DNA of 63,928 bases, filler included, from Calcarisporiella thermophila CBS 279.70 (lineage: Eukaryota > Fungi > Calcarisporiellomycota): the NCBI RefSeq assembly GCF_041956535.1. It is 4 parts of 4 records of this genome, joined end to end, with 100 filler letters (N's around TTAATTAATTAA, not from the genome) between each part and the next. Parts side by side here need not be neighbours in the genome. Positions count along the whole stretch, not along the records: positions 62,578 to 63,928 come from NW_027192196.1; 3 more parts are not named here. The stretch is one strand, 5' to 3'. Of the stretch, positions 62,579 to 63,928 are shown in pieces. Each line of letters begins with the position of its first letter. Within the stretch, counting starts at the first letter, position 1. Under the pieces are notes generated by a model. It was not told the DNA's origin. It saw only the letters and a list, made by a program, of their open reading frames with translations, and did not search any database. The translations under genes and the position numbers were made by a program.

Positions 62579-63928
62579 GCATCGAACTGTATCCAAGAGC
62601 TCCTTGCCAGGAATGTTTCAAAGCCAGGGATGATCCAAGCGCAGTTTATGGCAGTTGGATTCGATGTTGCGGTTGGAGAAATATTTACTTGCCTAACAAA
62701 TGGTGGAACTTTGGTCCTCAGGTCCGAAGACAACATACTCTCATCTGTGAAGAGAGTAGAAGCAATGATAGTGACACCATCGGTATTACAACTCTTTAAA
62801 CCAGAGGAAGTACCGAACCTTCAAGTTGTAACCCTATGTGGTGAGCCACTTCCGGAGACTCTAGCAGAGACGTGGTTGCCACATATTACGCTCATTAACG
62901 GCTACGGTCCTACCGAGACAATCATTGTCACTAGCGTGCAACCTCTTAAACTAGGAGGGAGAATTAACGTTGGTCGCCCCTTCAATAATGTCTCATACTA
63001 TGTGCTGGATCGTGATTTGAGAATGGTTCCAACGGGAGTTGTGGGTGAGCTCTATATCTCGGGTCTTTGTGTTGCTAAAGGATATGTAAATAGACCAGAG
63101 ACCACTGCTGAGCTCTTCATCGAGAATCCTTTCAAGCCTGGAACCATCATGTACAAATCAGGAGATATGGCTCGGTGGAACCTAGACGGGCAGATGGAGA
63201 TTATTGGACGAGCAGACGATCAAGTCAAGTTGAAGGGGTATCGTATTGAGCTTGGCGAGGTTACCTCTACTATGGGATCATACCCAGCGGTCGGATCCGC
63301 CATTGCTCTAGTCAAAGACAAAACTTTAACCGGATTTGTTACACCTGCCAATGTTGACACTGAGGCACTTCGAGATTGGTTGTTTGATTTCCTGCCGGAA
63401 TATATGGTACCTGCCACCATTGTTGCCCTGGAGAAATTCCCAATGACTTCGAATGGAAAGATTGATAAAGCCAAGCTGAAGAGCAGTTCTCTTCAAACCT
63501 CAGAGAGCCGCCAGCTACCTGTGAATGAAAAACAAAAATTAGTCATCAGCATTATGTCGTCCATTCTTAACGTTGATGTTGATCAAATTGATCTCAATAC
63601 CTCGTTCTTCGCTCTAGGTGGCGACTCCATTTCGGCCATTGCTTTGGTATCGGCTTTCCGACGAAATGGTCTCCACCTCACTGTACCACAGCTGTTCAAG
63701 GCAACCACCCCTGCCAGATTAGCCGCTATTGCTCAAGAGATCTCCGATAAGCCTGCATACTCCTCCGATTTCGTAGTTGGCAACTTCGCCCTCGCTCCAA
63801 ACCAGCATATGTTCTTTGAGACCCTCAGATCAGTTCACTACAACCAGTACGACCAAGGATTTATGTTCGGTCTCAACAAGCATATCGAGTTTGACCTCTT
63901 CAAGCAAGCCATTGCCAGCATTGTCAAG
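62579..63928 (+). CDS. non-ribosomal peptide synthetase fragment: A domain (3' part), T domain, start of an E/C domain; open at both ends
   Basis: Uninterrupted frame with GFDVAVGEIF, NGYGPTE, GELYISG..VAKGY, MYKSGD, GRADDQVKLKGYRIELGE, LPEYMVP, NGKIDK, FFALGGDSISAI, then GNFALAPNQHMFF...NQY. Missing from the ORF track because it has no stop in the window. Confidence 0.93.

Overview
Eukaryotic, intron-containing genomic DNA. It is most likely from an early-diverging fungus (Mucoromycota/Zoopagomycota-like gene content, short GT-AG introns); this is inferred, not proven. The window is a scaffold with three artificial 100-nt N linkers carrying TTAATTAATTAA and two sized gaps. (1) 4.2-10.6 kb: an island of six co-oriented secreted-protein genes. 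These include a clear homologue of the plant antimicrobial peptide MiAMP1, three paralogous Cys-rich peptides with a KP6-killer-toxin-like spacing, and a Kex2-processed amphipathic peptide precursor. (2) 10.7-33 kb: housekeeping and regulatory genes (RPL39, NTO1/BRPF-like, GH47 mannosidase, Atf1-type bZIP, fungal TF-domain protein, RPS20, SAP30, Con7-like C2H2, CBS protein). (3) 25.7-27.2 kb and 33.8-50.1 kb: four tRNA genes (Lys, Asp, 2x Asn) around a FYVE-less FAB1-type kinase, each with retroelements piled at fixed distances upstream. Solo LTRs of at least four families sit 9-15 nt upstream with 4-bp TSDs and are stacked at the same base. Non-LTR elements (tRNA-derived SINEs and L1/HAL1-type elements with 15-16-bp TSDs) sit head-to-head about 79-85 nt upstream. 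This dual tRNA-gene-targeting retrotransposon system, convergent with Dictyostelium DGLT-A/TRE5, is the most striking signal. (4) 50.2-63.9 kb: an unannotated (N/D)DDCC-repeat coding tail, a Kex2-processed repeat protein, an inactivated zincin-like protein, OLE1, a STRA6 (retinol-binding-protein receptor)-like gene and a partial NRPS (A-T-E).
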